Shown here in pieces: positions 13,857-28,826 of a stretch of 64,000 nt of DNA. The stretch spans positions 124,001 to 188,000 of the forward strand of contig NIVC01000416.1 in NCBI GenBank assembly GCA_002269645.1, written 5' to 3'. Source of the DNA: Macrostomum lignano. Taxonomy: Eukaryota. Each line of letters starts with the position of its first letter. The stretch's first letter is position 1. Made by a program: the position numbers and the translations under genes. The notes beneath the pieces are model-generated. The model was not told the origin of the DNA and did not search any database. It saw only the letters and a list, made by a program, of their open reading frames with translations.

Positions 13857-16800
13857 TCAGTCTATCTGAATATATTCATAGGATAAATATTTAGAACCTG
13901 AAAAGCCGGCTGGCTTCACTCCATTGCCGTTGGATGCCCCGGGGTCCGGTTGCAGATGCACGCCAGGTAGTGTGAAAATCGAAACGGCTGTAAAACGATG
14001 AAGAATGCGTTTTTTAGATATTGGAAACAGGATACGCTCACTTAAAACGCTTCTATTGTAAAGTTATAATCTTTAAAGGGGGCTTTAGCACCAAGGGGCT
14101 TTAGCACCAAGGGGCTTTAGCACCAAGGGGCTTTAGCACCAAGGGGCTTTAGCACCAAGGGGCTTTAGCACCAAGGGGCTTTAGCACCAAGGGGCTTTAG
14201 CACCAAGGGGCTTTAGCACCAAGGGGCTTTAGCACCAAGGGTCTTTAGCACCAAGGGTCTTTAGCACCAAGGGGCTTTAGCACCAAGGGGCGCCAGCACC
14301 AAGGGGCGCGAGCACCAAGGGGCGCCAGCACCAAGGGGCGCCAGCACCAAGGGGCGCCAGCACCAAGGGGCGCCAGCACCAAGGGGCGCCAGCACCAAGG
14401 GGCGCCAGCACCAAGGGGCGCCAGCACCAAGGGGCGCCAGCACCAAGGGGCGCCAGCACCAAGGGGCGCCAGCACCAAGGGGCGCCAGCACCAAGGGGCG
14501 CCAGCACCAAGGGGCGCCAGCACCAAGGGGCGCCAGCACCAAGGGGCGCCAGCACCAAGGGGCGCCAGCACCAAGGGGCGCCAGCACCAAGGGGCGCCAG
14601 CACCAAGGGGCGCCAGCACCAAGGGGCGCCAGCACCAAGGGGCGCCAGCACCAAGGGGCGCCAGCACCAAGGGGCGCCAGCACCAAGGGGCGCCAGCACC
14701 AAGGGGCGCCAGCACCAAGGGGCGCCAGCACCAAGGGGCGCCAGCACCAAGGGGCGCCAGCACCAAGGGGCGCCAGCACCAAGGGGCGCCAGCACCAAGG
14801 GGCACCAGCACCAAGGGGCGCCAGCACCATGGGGCACCAGCACCAAGGGGCACCAGCACCAAGGGGCGCCAGCACCAAGGGGAGCCAGCACCAAGGGGAG
14901 CCAGCACCAAGGGGCGCCAGCACCAAGGGGCGCCAGCACCAAGGGGCGCCAGCACCAAGGGGCGCCAGCACCAAGGGGCGCCAGCACCAAGGGGCGCCAG
15001 CTTTTTATTGAAGTTTTTGCAAGTTTGAAAAAATCGGTTGGATAAATTCTTTTAAAATGGATTATGTACATACATAGATCTTTTGAGGTTTAGTTACATA
15101 GATTTGTCGGAATTGTTGTCTTAGAAAGAAACTACTCTCATCCTACTACTGCAAGTAGACCTTGGCTTACGGTTCCGGCTCAGTTTGGAATCAATAAAAT
15201 TTATATTTGAAAAATTGTAAAAAGCAAAAGGAACGCGCTAAACTAGCTACTTACAATCCGGCAGGTCGTTTATCTCTGCCGGGAGATGTCGTAAAAAGTA
15301 CGGATGCACTTTAGCCCGATCGGCTGGGATTCTGGCGGTGGCTGGATAGCGCAGCAGCTGAAGCAGCAGGTCCCGTCCGGTGCCGCTCAGCCGGGGTGCC
15401 AGGGACTTCAAATCTGTCGGCAGCCAGGCATGAGCCGACCACAGGGACAGCTGGGCGTTGTGGGAACTGCCAGGCCAGTTTGACTCTGTTGGACTGCCTG
15501 CAGTGGGCATGATGGAGCTGGAATCTGTTCATATTTGGGATTCGTGGATTGTGGTACATGTAAAGCAGAATTAAGGAGATTTCTAGAATGGGGAGATTTC
15601 TAGAATGGGAGATTTCTAGAATGAGAGATTTCTAGAATGAGAGATTTCTAGAATATGGGGATTTCTAGAATGGGGAGATTTCTAGAATGGTGAGATTTCT
15701 AGAATGGGGAGATTTCTAGAATAGGGGAATTTCTAGAATGGGAGATTTCTAGAATGGGGAGATTTCTAGAATGGGGAGATTTCTAGAACAGGGAGATTTC
15801 TAGAATGGGAGATTTCTAGAATGGGGAGATTTATAGAATGGGGAGATTTCTAGAATGGGGAGATTTCTAGAATAGGGGGATTTCTAGAATGGGGAGATTT
15901 CTAGAATAGGGAGATTTCTAGAATGGGGAGATTTCTAGAATGGGGAGATTTCTAGAATGGGGAGATTTCTAGAATAGGGGAATTTCTAGAATGGGAGATT
16001 TCTAGAATGGGGAGATTTCTAGAATGGGGAGATTTCTAGAACAGGGAGATTTCTAGAATGGGAGATTTCTAGAATGGGGAGATTTATAGAATGGGGAGAT
16101 TTCTAGAATGGGGAGATTTCTAGAATAGGGGGATTTCTAGAATGGGGAGATTTCTAGAATGGGGAGATTTCTAGAATGGGGAGATTTCTAGAATGGGGAG
16201 ATTTCTAGAACAGGGAGATTTCTAGAATATGAGGATTTCTAGAAAGGGGAGATTTCTAGAATGGGGAGATTTCTAGAACAGGGAGATTTCTAGAATATGG
16301 GGATTTCTAGAATAGGGAGATTTCTAGAATGGTGAGATTTCTAGAATGGGGAGATTTCTAGAATGGGGAGATTTAGAATGGGGAGATTTCTAGAATGGGG
16401 AGATTTCTAGAATGGGGAGACTTCTAGAATAGGGGGATTTTTATAATGGGTAGATTTCTAGAATAAGAAGATTTCTAGAATAGGGAGATTTCTAGAATAG
16501 GGAGATTACAACAATAGGAAGCTTTCTAGAATGGGGATATTTTTACTATTAGGGAGATTTCTAGAATAGAAGATTTCTATAAAAAGTTTTAACAAGGCAA
16601 TTTGCAAGAAATCGAAGCGCTAACCCAGTGTCCTGAATATAAGTTCCAGCTGCTCTTCCACAGTTCCACCGGGGAACATCGGCTGTCCTGTCAGCATTTC
16701 GAAGAAGATCGCACCCACACCCCACAGGTCGATGTGAGTGCCGTACTCGATGCAACCAGTCAGCACGTCAGGAGGCCGGTACCACAAAGTGCAGACCTCG

Positions 16801-17764
16801 TTCGAGTAGGTCTTTGTTGGCACTGAGTTGGCCCTAGCCAACCCGAAGTCTGCCAGTTTGAGCTCTCCGTTACTGTTGAGAAGCAGGTTCTGTGGCTTCA
16901 GATCCCGGTGTAGGCAGCGGCGCCGATGGCAGTAGTCCAGGCCCCGCAGCAGCTGGTAGAGGTACAGGCGAATGTTCGACTCATGCAGCAGGCCATCGCA
17001 TTCTTCTAGTCTTTGTTTGAGGTCTTTGTCCTAAAACGGTAACATTGGGTTTGAAAAAAAGAGTAAGAAGGGAGTTGAATGAAATACGCACATAGGAGTG
17101 GGGTGGGTGTCAATTGAGCTACGCAGAGAGGAGTGGGTGTGTGTCAATTGAGCTAGACAGAGAGGAGTGGGGTTGGTGTCAATTAGTCTAGGCGGAGAGG
17201 AGTGGGGTTGGTGTCAATTGAGCTACGCAGAGAGGAGTGGGGGTGGGTGTCAATTAGTGTAGGCGGAGAGGAGTGGGATGGGCGTCGTATTTGAAGATCT
17301 CACTACGGCAAGGCGGTCAGTTGGCACAACAGAGTTGAATTTGAGTTAATTTGTGTTAGAAGTGACATTTAGCTTTGGCTTGAGTGTGATCTTAAAGAGA
17401 TATTGTTTTCCGTATAGCAGGCCTCAATTAAATAATTTAGCGTGCTTTTAGTGAGATAGAATTACAGTTAATAATGACAAACTCGATCGACATTAACGCT
17501 ATTGGAGCGTTATTTGTCTACTAGTGAAATTGGGTGGGGAGTGACCCTCAGTTAAAAGGACTCTTGGTTTTGAGTGACATCTGAGATACTTTGGGGTTGC
17601 AATCAGGCTTTGAGTGGCATTGGGTGAGGTGTGGAGTGGCATTGGGTGAGGTGTGCAGTGGCATTGGGTGAGGTGTGCAGTGGCATTGGGTGAGGTGTGC
17701 AGTGGCATTGGGTGAGGTGTGCAGTGGCATTGGTCTGCCTTTACTCCTTTATATTTATCTACCT

Positions 17765-17800
<36 letters not shown>

Positions 17801-17817
17801 GCTCTCTCTCTCTCTCG

Positions 17818-17848
<31 letters not shown>

Positions 17849-17865
17849 GCTCTCTCTCTCTCTCG

Positions 17866-17930
<65 letters not shown>

Positions 17931-20900
17931 TCAGTAAGGCTCACCAAACTCACCAAATATTCGAAGACCAGAGTGAGGCACTGCTCCGTGTGAATCACGT
18001 CGTGCAGTGTAACAATGTTGGCGTGTTTTAAGTCTCTCAGAAGCGACACTGTCGTTGGCAAGAGGTATAAGCATCCAATATATTTAATTAGTGGCGTTTA
18101 ATTATTAGCTAGAGCGTCGGACTCACGACTGAAAGGTCGCGGGTTCGATTCTCGACCCCACTTGAACAATTTGTGTCCTTGATAAAGAAACTTAACTCTG
18201 CATTGCTTCAGTTCACCCAGCTGTAAAATGGGTAATTGAGGGTGTGTGTGGTGACCCCCCAGTCCTTGGACTGAACAGCCGTACGCAGCCTTCAGATGCG
18301 CCGCACAATAGCTGCGTCTGAGCTGTCGGTTGCACATCTGACCATTAGTATTTTATTTTTTAGTGTCTGTTGATCTCAAATTCGAAGGTTTTTTAATTTT
18401 GATGTAATTTCCAGCGCCAATTTGTTCCTTATATTGTACCGAACTACTAACAAACAGCAATGAGTAGTCAAATGCGAATATACTTCAATCTGAATTACCC
18501 TCGCGAATGGCCGTGCAAGGCGCGCCCTCTTCGTGCTCCAATCGGATCTCTTTCAGCGCCACTGCAGATTCTGTCAGTACCGATTTTCCTCGATAAACTG
18601 TGGCGTAGGTGCCCTGTTTAGGAGAGAATGATACATTTTGTTAGAATTCTAATTTTAAATTTTAATAGCACTTGTAAAAAGCGTACTATTTTATTGATAC
18701 TTTAAATTATATCGAAATTTGTAAATGGAAAACATCAAAAGCAGTAAAAGTCAAGTTTCTCAGGCCATAAACTGTTGGGAAATTGAACTGAGAAAACTTG
18801 AAAATCGAAATGAAGCAAGAGTTACCGCAAAGAAAGCAAATTTTATGTTCTCTGATAGGGCATCTCTTTTAGAAATACAACACTTCGCTTCTAAGCCTGG
18901 GATAAAATACAAGAATTAGAAAATTTCACCAACTAAAAATTTCAGATTTCAGACAATTTTAGCAGCACTTTTGCAAGCCATTAACTTCATGAAAGAAAAA
19001 ACTCGCGAAGTGGGGTGGGTGCTGGCTGAACTGGGCAGGGCTTAGAGTCGCGGGAGATGGGATGGGTGCTGGCTGAACTGGGCAGGGCTTAGAGTCGCGG
19101 AAGATGGGGTGGGCGCTGGCTGAACTGGGCAGGGGTTAGAGTCGCGGGAGATGGGGTGGGTGCTGGCTGAACTGGGCAGGGGTTAGAGTCGCGGGAGATG
19201 GGGTGGGTGCTGGCTGAACTGGGCAGGGGTTAGAGTCGCGGGAGATGGGGTGGGCGCTGGCTGAACTGGGCAGGGGTTAGAGTCGCGGGAGATGGGGTGG
19301 GTGCTGGCTGAACTGGGCAGGGGTTAGAGTCGCGGGAGATGGGGTGGGCGCTGGCTGAACTGGGCAAAGGTTAGAGTCGCGGGAGATGGGGTGGGTGCTG
19401 GCTGAACTGGGCAGGGTTTAGAGTTGCGGGAGATGGGGTGGGTGCTGGCTGAACTGGGCAGGGATTAGAGTCGCGGAGAAGGTTGGGTGGTTGATCTTGA
19501 ATCTGTCTCACCTGTCCCAGTTTCTCAAGCTTTCTATAGGATGAAGACTTTCCAAATCCAATGTCGGCTAAGGAGCTTCTCCGGTCCCGTTTGCTGAGCG
19601 AAGTGAAGCTAATTACGGCCATCGGCTTGACCTGACTGATGCGCGGCTCAGGTGATGGATGGCGGTAGCGAAGGCTGGCCGAGGCGGGCAGTGAGAGGCG
19701 CTTGTTGTCGCTGACGGGCGCGGGCTGGCCTGGCTGTCGCCTCAGTGCCACTTTCGCCGTCTCCGTTGTAGGCACGCATGAAGCAGCCGCGCAGTCTGAG
19801 TCCTCTTTGGTAGTTTTTTTCCGCTGGGTATCATTCTCGGATGAAGCTGTATATTAAAAGAGGCTAAGACTATAACATTATAAGATCGCAGCTCGCGGAG
19901 AGAAGTGGGGTAGGAGTGGGGTGGGTGTCAATTGAGCTAGGCGAAAAGGAGTGAGGTGGGTGTCAACTGAGCTAGGCGGAGAGGAGTGAGGTGGGTTTCA
20001 ACTGAACTAGGCGGACAGGAGTGGGTGGGTGTCAACTGAGCTAGGCGGAGAGGAGTGAGGTGGGTGTCAACTGAGCTAGGCGGAGAGGAGTGAGGTGGGT
20101 GTCAACTGAGCTAGGCGGAGAGGAGTGGGGTGTGTGTCAACTGAGCTAGGCGGTGAGGAGTGGGGGTGTGTGTCAACTGAGCTAGGCGGAGAGGAGTAAG
20201 GTGGGTGTCGTATTTGAATGTCTCACTAGGCGAGGCGGGCCGCCGGCACAGCAGTATGCCAATAAAGTTGCACAGCATGTGGTATGAATATTTTTATTAC
20301 AAAATCGAGCACTAAGGACGGCTTCGATGATATCTCGGCTATCAGTTTTTCTCTCACGCTGTGGTTCGGGGCTTGGGCAATAAAATATATGCCAACATCT
20401 TCTTTTAAGCCCGAAGCGAGGGAGGGTGGGATATTTTTTATTCATTCCTAATCCCACAGCCAGCAGCCTGTTGTGCACTCGAAATTCGTCCCATTTACAG
20501 CGGTGGAAAGGAGGCAGAAGAGGCAGGGGAGCCTGTACTAGACAGTATAGTCATCAACAGCAGCAGTAATGCTCGGAGGCTCAGATGCTGCAACCGAAAT
20601 TCAAGGCGCCTTGTCCTGCTTTATGCCCCGAGGCTATTATTCAATTACAGGACGGAGAACTGTCTGGCTCTGTTAGGCCCTCCCATCTTCCTTCAACCTC
20701 CGTTGCTTGATGCTCTTCTCTTTTTTTCCATCTTTTCACCCTTTCCTTTTATCCTCTTATCCAATTAACACGGACTGTTCAATTCTGACGAATCCTCTGA
20801 CTATTTCTGCTGTCTCTGTCTCTGTCTGTCTGTCTGTCCGTCAGCTTTCTGCCTTGCTGTATTCTCCTTTGGGACATTTTGGCAACTTTTTAATACAGTA

Positions 20901-23900
20901 TCGTGTGCCAATGCGCTAGGCTCGCAAGGTAGCAGTCAATAACTCGGAAGACTTCTGTCTTCCCTTCAGTTCGATTCAGACGGCGCAGAATGCGGCTTAT
21001 TAGAAAATGCGTTAAAAAAGCTTTAAGGCTGGGTGTCAGGGCTTGATGTTTGGATTGGCATTTTTTGTTAGAAGTGCTACTATTAGTGCTAAGGATGTCA
21101 TTTCCGGGTGGCACATTTGGCACATTTCACGTGTGCCATTATTGTGGGCTAGGGGAGTGTTTAGGTGCCATTATTTGACTTAGGGCTCTATTTTTGGGTG
21201 TCAGGTGGACAGTTTTTGCTGTCAGGGGCACTAAATATAATTGCTAGAGGTGCCTGACTGAAGGCTGTTGTTTTTTTGGACCAAGCACGAGTTATAAAAG
21301 TTTTAACTGCCATTTTACTATAAGTAATGTGTTGCCAGTTTTTTGTTTTTCTTTTGCTAAAATCTTGGAGACTTGGAGACGAAATCACGAATCGCATATG
21401 TTCCCATGAGAATTATATATTATTAAAGATCTGGCAGTCGGCTTGAGACAGCGGAGAACATAGCTCGTGTAAGCATAAATACTCTCTTTTTTGCCGTCCT
21501 GTTTATCACTAAATAATTTGCAACGCATTTTGCGACATGAAGGCACATAATGGGGGCACATAAACCCCTTTTTTCGGTCCAATTCATCATGCGGTGATAT
21601 TGGCGAATGCATCAAAATAAACATGTCGATAGAATAACGCAAACTCTGCGAGAGTTAACTCACGGACTCACCAACTTGAACAAAACAAGTAAATAAGGCT
21701 CAGATTAAGTAATTTTAGCTGAATTGTTTTTTAGCCAATCAGAGAGCGTCTAGGGTAAGAGAGTAGCGACGGGGTAGAAATGAAAAGCAACTCTTGACCT
21801 CTCAACCAATCAACGAACGACTGCAAAGCAAGGTTGTGTGTGTGAGGGAGGTTAGACAGGAATTCAGTGCACGGCGCCCTGAGCGTGATAAACCTTATCA
21901 GCTTTATCAAGCAGCTGTCAGTATTCAGTGAAGACATTAGGGCCAAGTAGGTAGAAATTGTGTTGATAAAGTTCAGAGCTAATCACCGATCTTAACGAAC
22001 TTTACAGTGCAGAAACTATTGCGAAAAAATGCTTTTGAAATGTTTTCCTTCCCGTCAACACGGTGAAAATGACCTAAGTTATAATTAAAAAACACCGCGT
22101 TGCTGACAGGCGGCAAAAGCTTTCAAACTCTAAATTCTAGGCGGTGAAGTTGTTCAGCTGAAGAATGACACAGACTTGGCAGTCAATTTGTTTGCCGAAT
22201 ATGTGTATTATTCGCCTGAAAATAGTTTTAACCTTATTGACAGCACTAAATACCAATGTTCAGCTGATTCTATCGCTTAACCCTACATTTCATCCCTCCA
22301 TATCTAACCCAATTCATCCTTTCACTCCTTTTTACAGAAGCTATCTGAGGAGGTATAGAACCGGCTTCTCGTGAGCTGCATCAGTTCATCGTCAAGGAAT
22401 CAGAAGAGTCTGAGGTAACCTGATATGACGTTGAATTAAGAAAAGCAATTCAGCAAGATTGCCTGCCAAAGTATTAAGTTGCCAAATTAGAAATTCGAGA
22501 CATTTTTCTTAATCAGAATATCTAATTAGAGACATTCTGGAAATGCTGTATAGTGCGAATGTCTTAGATATTTGAGAGAAAAAAAATTAATAAGATTTGA
22601 TCCCACTTGATTTATTCTCAGAGTTTAATAGCAACAGCAAATCTTTGTTCACAAGAAGGGTTGTGGCCAGGGGAGTCGCCATGGATTTTGTACTCATTAT
22701 AGCGCCGCAGGCACTCATTTTAGCGCCACAGGCACTCATTTTAGCGTCGCAGGCACTCATTTTAGCGCCGCAGGCACTCATTTTAGCGCCGCAGGCACTC
22801 ATTTTTGCACCGCAGGCACTCATTTTAGCGTCGCAGGCACTCATTTTAGCGCCGCAGGCACTCATTTTAGCACCGCAGACACTCATTTTAGCGTCGCAGG
22901 CACTCATTTTAGCGCCGCAGGCACTCATTTTGGCGCCGCAGGCACTCATTTTAGCGTCGCAGGCACTCATTTTAGCGCCGCAGGCACTCATTTTAGCACC
23001 GCAGACACTCATTTTAGCGTCGCAGGCACTCATTTTAGCGCCGCAGGCACTCATTTTGGCGCCGCAGGCACTCATTTTAGCACCGCAGGCACTCATTTTA
23101 GCGCCGCATGCACTCATTTTAGCGCCGCAGGCACTCATTTTAGCGCCGCAGGCACTCATTTTAGCGCCGCAGGCACTCATTTTAGCGCCGCAGGCACTCA
23201 TTTTAGCGCCGCAGGCACTCATTTTAGCGCCGCATGCACTCATTTTAGCGCCGCAGGCACTCATTTTAGCGTCGCAGACACTCATTTTAGCGCCGCAGGC
23301 ACTCATTTTAGCGCTGCAGGCACTCATTTGACTCTCACACTGACTCTCTGACACCTCAGGAGAGCCTCCATTTCGAACCGATATTGAATGCTAAATTCCA
23401 CCCGATGCTTCTTAAGGACGCGTGTCCACCCACTGGAACTAACCATCATTAGTCCCAGCTGTCACTGACGTCATCGACTGCCGCTGACCGATGGCCGATT
23501 TCGATCGCAGCAGTCGGCCGAACAAACCGACGCTGCTGCCGCTGCCATCGCCGTCGCCAACGTTGCCGGTTCGGCGATTTCGTCGGCGAAAACTGATGAA
23601 GCTGATTAGCCTATGTGACCTTGATCTTGAAGATTCTGGCTGCTGCCTCTGCTGCTGTTGCTGTCGGGTTTGCTGTTGCTTCATAGCTGGCTGCGACTGC
23701 GACAACGACATCTTGTACCGGTCCCCGTCCCTTCCCACGCCACCGACTTCTTCATCGCTGGTAGCTGCTGCTGATCCAGCTTCTTCCTCGGGCAAATCGT
23801 GCAGCAGACCAAGCCGATGAGGCTGCTTTTGCTGCTTCTGGCGTCGTCGATTAGCTGAGTAGCGGCTGGCACTGTCGGGATCCTGGTAGCTGTGACACAG

Positions 23901-23939
23901 GCCAACATCGAATGACTTTGAGCTGGCGATGTTCTGCAT
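13857..23939 (-). CDS. CDK16: PCTAIRE-family cyclin-dependent kinase (CDK16/17/18-like), multi-exon
   Basis: Phase-consistent exons 23939-23444, 19846-19512, 18613-18499, 18048-17954, 17030-16625, 15497-15255, 13987-(13898 weak donor, or stop at 13857). Translation gives [71 protein letters not shown]. First and last exons are less certain; the orthologue among CDK16/17/18 cannot be resolved. Confidence 0.92.
14078..15000. repeat. 16-bp minisatellite with two variant blocks
   Basis: agcaccaaggggcttt to ~14290, then agcaccaaggggcgcc. Confidence 0.97.
15577..16575. repeat. ~16-17-bp minisatellite with TTCTAGAA palindrome
   Basis: ggggagatttctagaat. Confidence 0.95.
17095..17335. repeat. ~35-bp minisatellite plus unique tail, copy 1
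   Basis: gagctaggcggagaggagtg(g/a)ggtgggtgtcaa(c/t)t followed by gtcgtatttgaa..tctcacta. Confidence 0.8.
17605..17735. repeat. 22-bp minisatellite
   Basis: gtggcattgggtgaggtgtgca. Confidence 0.9.
17763..17927. repeat. (CT)n microsatellite
   Basis: Direct reading. Confidence 0.97.
18109..18362 (+). mobile_element. tRNA-derived SINE (Val-like head, CORE-like middle), 5'-truncated copy
   Basis: ctcacga anticodon-like loop, B-box ggttcgattc, tgtgtcctt..acttaactc..ccagctgtaaaatggg; homologous to 46662-46950. Confidence 0.7.
19008..19480. repeat. 47-bp minisatellite
   Basis: gggtgggtgctggctgaactgggcaggggttagagtcgcgggagatg. Confidence 0.95.
19905..20258. repeat. 35-bp minisatellite plus unique tail, copy 2
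   Basis: Same unit and tail as 17095-17335. Confidence 0.85.
22700..23330. repeat. 21-bp minisatellite
   Basis: gcgccgcaggcactcatttta. Confidence 0.96.
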
Positions 23940-25656
23940 TGCTGCCGCTGTGGGTTCTAAAGCGACACATTGGGGAGGGTAAAAAGGCTTTAATTCAGGC
24001 TAAGTATAGGGGGACACAGACGCACCAGCCAATGGGATTTGTCGAGAGAATGCCTCGACTCAAAGATCGTTGCCAACTTGTCCAGACGGTGCAGTCTAAC
24101 GTATTTAGTGTCAAATCTACCAACAACGTAGAGTAGTGGTAGCACACTAATGCAAAATCAGTGTACACATATAGATTAAAGTGCAATGCAAAATACCGGG
24201 AGCTGGACTTGAGTTTGTTCAAGATTCAGTCCATTTGGGCAAATATTAAAACAGATGATGTGCTCCAATCCGCCAACATCTCTCGCTCCGCCTCGTCTCT
24301 GCTCTGCTTTAATCGCTAAATTTGATCCACGCGCGCTGACCAAGCAAATGTTTATTTTCTGGGAGTTTTTCTCTAGTAAAAATACTATATCAAGCCTATA
24401 CTATCTCTTGTCAAATAGATTTTGCTCAAATCTACATTAGGCATTTAGAATGTTAGGATTTATCCAAATGTAATTTTCGAACCATCAAAGCTATAGATAT
24501 TTATAATTATGGCTGCTGACAAATGGAATGAAGCCCTGACAGTTGCTGCAGTTCATTCGACTGTTGCTATGCATGATTGAGAGAAAATCATCTAAAAAGA
24601 CAGTTAATGAGTCCCATTAGCCCTCTCAGCGAGTCTTCAGCCAGTGCACTTATCTAGTTTGCTTCACTTCCTTCTTCACCTAGTCGAGATGAGGTGAAGC
24701 AAATCAACCAATGCATTTGAGAAGACTTTTCAGCATTCGACATTCGATCTCATAACTCTTCCTGACAGATTGGGACAGCCGTTATGTAATCTCGAGAGCT
24801 GATTTCATACTTCGGATGTAGACGGTGCATTTGCAGAAGTGGCAGTTTCTGGGAAACTTGATCTGATTACCAAAATGATAATTTGGTCTTGCACCTGGTT
24901 GACCAGATGGGCAGCCAGCACAACTCAGCGCTGGACCTCGGGATTATTCGCAATTAATAAAAATCAGAATGCTAACCGCGCCCAAGTGTGCTTAACCTGA
25001 CCACTTGGCTAGCAACCCACGTAGTTATACAGTCTATTAATATTAGTAAATTTTGTTTGAATTTTTCATTTGTAATATTTTCCACTGTAGTTCGCCGTCT
25101 TTACCGGTATGACTCATCGCACCTGAGCTACCTGCGAACTGATAAATCTGACTAATAAAAGTCTCCCTTAGAAGTGTTTGAGCTGATTGATTAATCGCGA
25201 AAAAACGGTTGCAACGCGGGGCTTGGGGGCTGATAGACTGGGAAGAGAAGACTTGGGGTCTATTCCTCGTCCCTAGGAGTAAATGGGGATTTGATTTGCA
25301 CATCTGAGTGAGCTGGCCAGAGGGGAACTCCGGGTGGCCGGGGGGATCGGGAACGGAACAGGAGCGAAGACTGACGAAATTATGATGATGATGATGGAGA
25401 TTTGGGACTTTGAGGACTGCAGTGTAAGTTGGAATGGCAATAGAGATATCGTGGCGGCGAGGGGATAGAGAGGATTATTTTCCCCGAGCCCGCGAGGAGA
25501 GGCTGAAGCAGTAAATCATCAATCCCAGCTCTCATTGAGACCGCGCCACTCGAGGCGGTGTCCATTTTCATATTTTCTATTTGGCTTCATGAGCTTAGCA
25601 ACTCCATCTGTGACAAAGGTAAAGCTGCCCTGGTACTGACGTAGGTACAGGGGTGG

Positions 25657-26520
<864 letters not shown>

Positions 26521-27429
26521 TCCAAGCAACAGCAGCTGCGGACGCGGACTCTTTGAGTGTCAGGAAATGAAAGCACTCGGTTCTCTGAGCAACGGAAGCT
26601 CCAAGCCGTTTAGTTGCAGGAGTCATAAATTCAGTTGGGAAAATCTCCGATGGCTTTCAGGAGTTTACGTTCCCATTTATTGTCCATTTATGATCTACGG
26701 GACTGCGCAATTAGAAAAAATTCATGTCCGTAGAAAAAACTTTACATCGAACTGCACTACTTGTAGTAAGAATACGAGGAAATAGACGGAAGAAAAAAGT
26801 GAGTCATTAAATTTATTTGTTTCGCTGCTTATCTGATAAAACAAAATCAAAAAAGTTAAATAGTCATCGATTGCATCCCAAATAAGCTGTCAAGTAATAT
26901 TTGGCAACAAGTCTCTGAACAAGGCTGTGAACAAAATATATTAGTTCGTACTACATGTACAGTGGAAACACTTCCAGAGCAAGTCATCTGACAGACAGAC
27001 AAGAGCTCACAGCACGTACGAGGCTCATTCTGTGACACTTTCTAGGCTCTGAGTTAAAGAAGAGAGAGACAGAAAATAACAGACAATGCTTTTAAGTTTT
27101 CAGCTTTCTGCTTCAGTGGCAATATGCATCGAGAGGAAGCCGCTGCCGCGCTAAAAACTCTTCAACGCGTCTCTCAGAGCCACTCTTTCATTAAATGAAA
27201 AATGAGCGCCTTTGCCTTTGCAGTTTGTTGGCGTAGCACATTGCAGTGCTGTCTGTAGGCAATTGTCTGTCTGCTATAGCGCTGTCGCTTTGCGGAAAGC
27301 AACTTATACCCCTAGAATTTTAGCTTGTGTTGTTGAACAGTTATTTCCTCAAGCAATATAAAAGAGGTTTGCCAAATAAATTTAATTTCAATTGGACGAA
27401 TTTTTAACACCAGTTTAACCTGTACTTAC

Positions 27430-27760
27430 ACATGAAACCAGTGTCTGACATGTGAAACCAGTGTCTAACAGGTGAAACCAGTATCAAACAGGTGAAACCA
27501 GTGTCTAACAGGTGAAACTCAGTGTCTAACAGGTGAAACTCAGTGTCTAACAGGTGAAACTCAGTGTCTAACGGGTGAAACCAGTGTCTAACAGGTGAAA
27601 CCAGTGTCAAACAGGTGAAACTCAGTGTCTAACAGGTGAAACGCAGAGTCTAACAGGTGAAACCAGTGTCTAACAGGTGAGACCAGTGTCTAACAGGTGA
27701 AACCAGTGTCTAACAGGTGAGACCAGTGTCTAACAGGTGAAACCAGTGTCTAACAGGTGA
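27430..27760. repeat. 20/21-bp minisatellite
   Basis: aggtgaaac(t)cagtgtctaac. Confidence 0.93.
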
Positions 27761-28826
27761 CATTATGGCGCCATGTGACTCTTCAGGTGGTATAGACTTA
27801 ATTAGTTGTTGTAAGGTCATTAGATAAATTAAGAAATATATTACAAGCATTGACACCGGCGTTTTAGCTTTAAATGCAGTGAACCTTTTAAATTTATAAA
27901 ACTTCTACTGCTCAGGAACATATCTTGCAGATTGCTTTGTGCAGAATGAGATTGACACACAGAGCCAACGTTTTACATAGTTCCCATCAGGGCCTATAGT
28001 TAAAATCCTTCTTAAATCGTTTTTTAAGGCAGACGATTCTAGTCTAGGAACTTGAGAAGCGTATCCGGTTTGGCATAACTTCCTGTATAGAGCAGCAAGA
28101 ATCCTTGATCGGGATTTTTGCTAACAATGCACTTTATAACAATGTAACTCCCCAGCTGAAAGATGGTTTTGATGCTTAGTTACACTTTAAAATGAGGATA
28201 GAGTAAAAATAAGTCTTACTACAGTGAAGTTTTTAATAAACTTTTCAACGATTTTATTTTATGCAACAAAATATGTACATGCTTACCATAGGCAGTCGAA
28301 ATGTGGGAACTATAAACATTTTAAACAATCGAAGTAGAAGGATCCGTATCAAAACGAGAACTTTTACTTCCTTGCGGCCACCGGCTCACCTAAGAAATTC
28401 GAGTGCGGTATCCTTCTACTTCAGGTGTTCAATATGAGAAACTCCCCATAGCTGGAATGCGATATTGATCAATATTGAAGCATTAATAGACAGGCAGTGT
28501 GATAGGAAAAGTAATAAACTGATTGAGACTGGGTGAGTATCCCTGCGCGACAGATATTACTTAGTTTAAAATTAGTCAAATTTGATCAATTAGTCAAACT
28601 CGAGAGCTCAAAACTTCAACAAGCCAGCCCAGCCAATGCTCATGACTAGTCTTTATACTAAGTTAGTCAAACTTTCAGATGATAAAGTGAATGTTACTAC
28701 GAAGTAAATCTACAACAGCTTCATCGCGAACGTTATCAGTTACAAGCTTCAAACAAGGACCATTTATACGTGTGGAAGATGCAGCCTGAGTCACTTCAGT
28801 ATCTGGGCATCGTCATTCGTCATCAT

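Noticed and set aside
14245-15071. Multi-frame ORFs of ~240 aa
   Set aside because: Translation of a 16-bp minisatellite
18109-18180. Functional tRNA-Val gene
   Set aside because: Lacks the 5' acceptor stem and continues into the SINE body shared with the 46.7-kb copy
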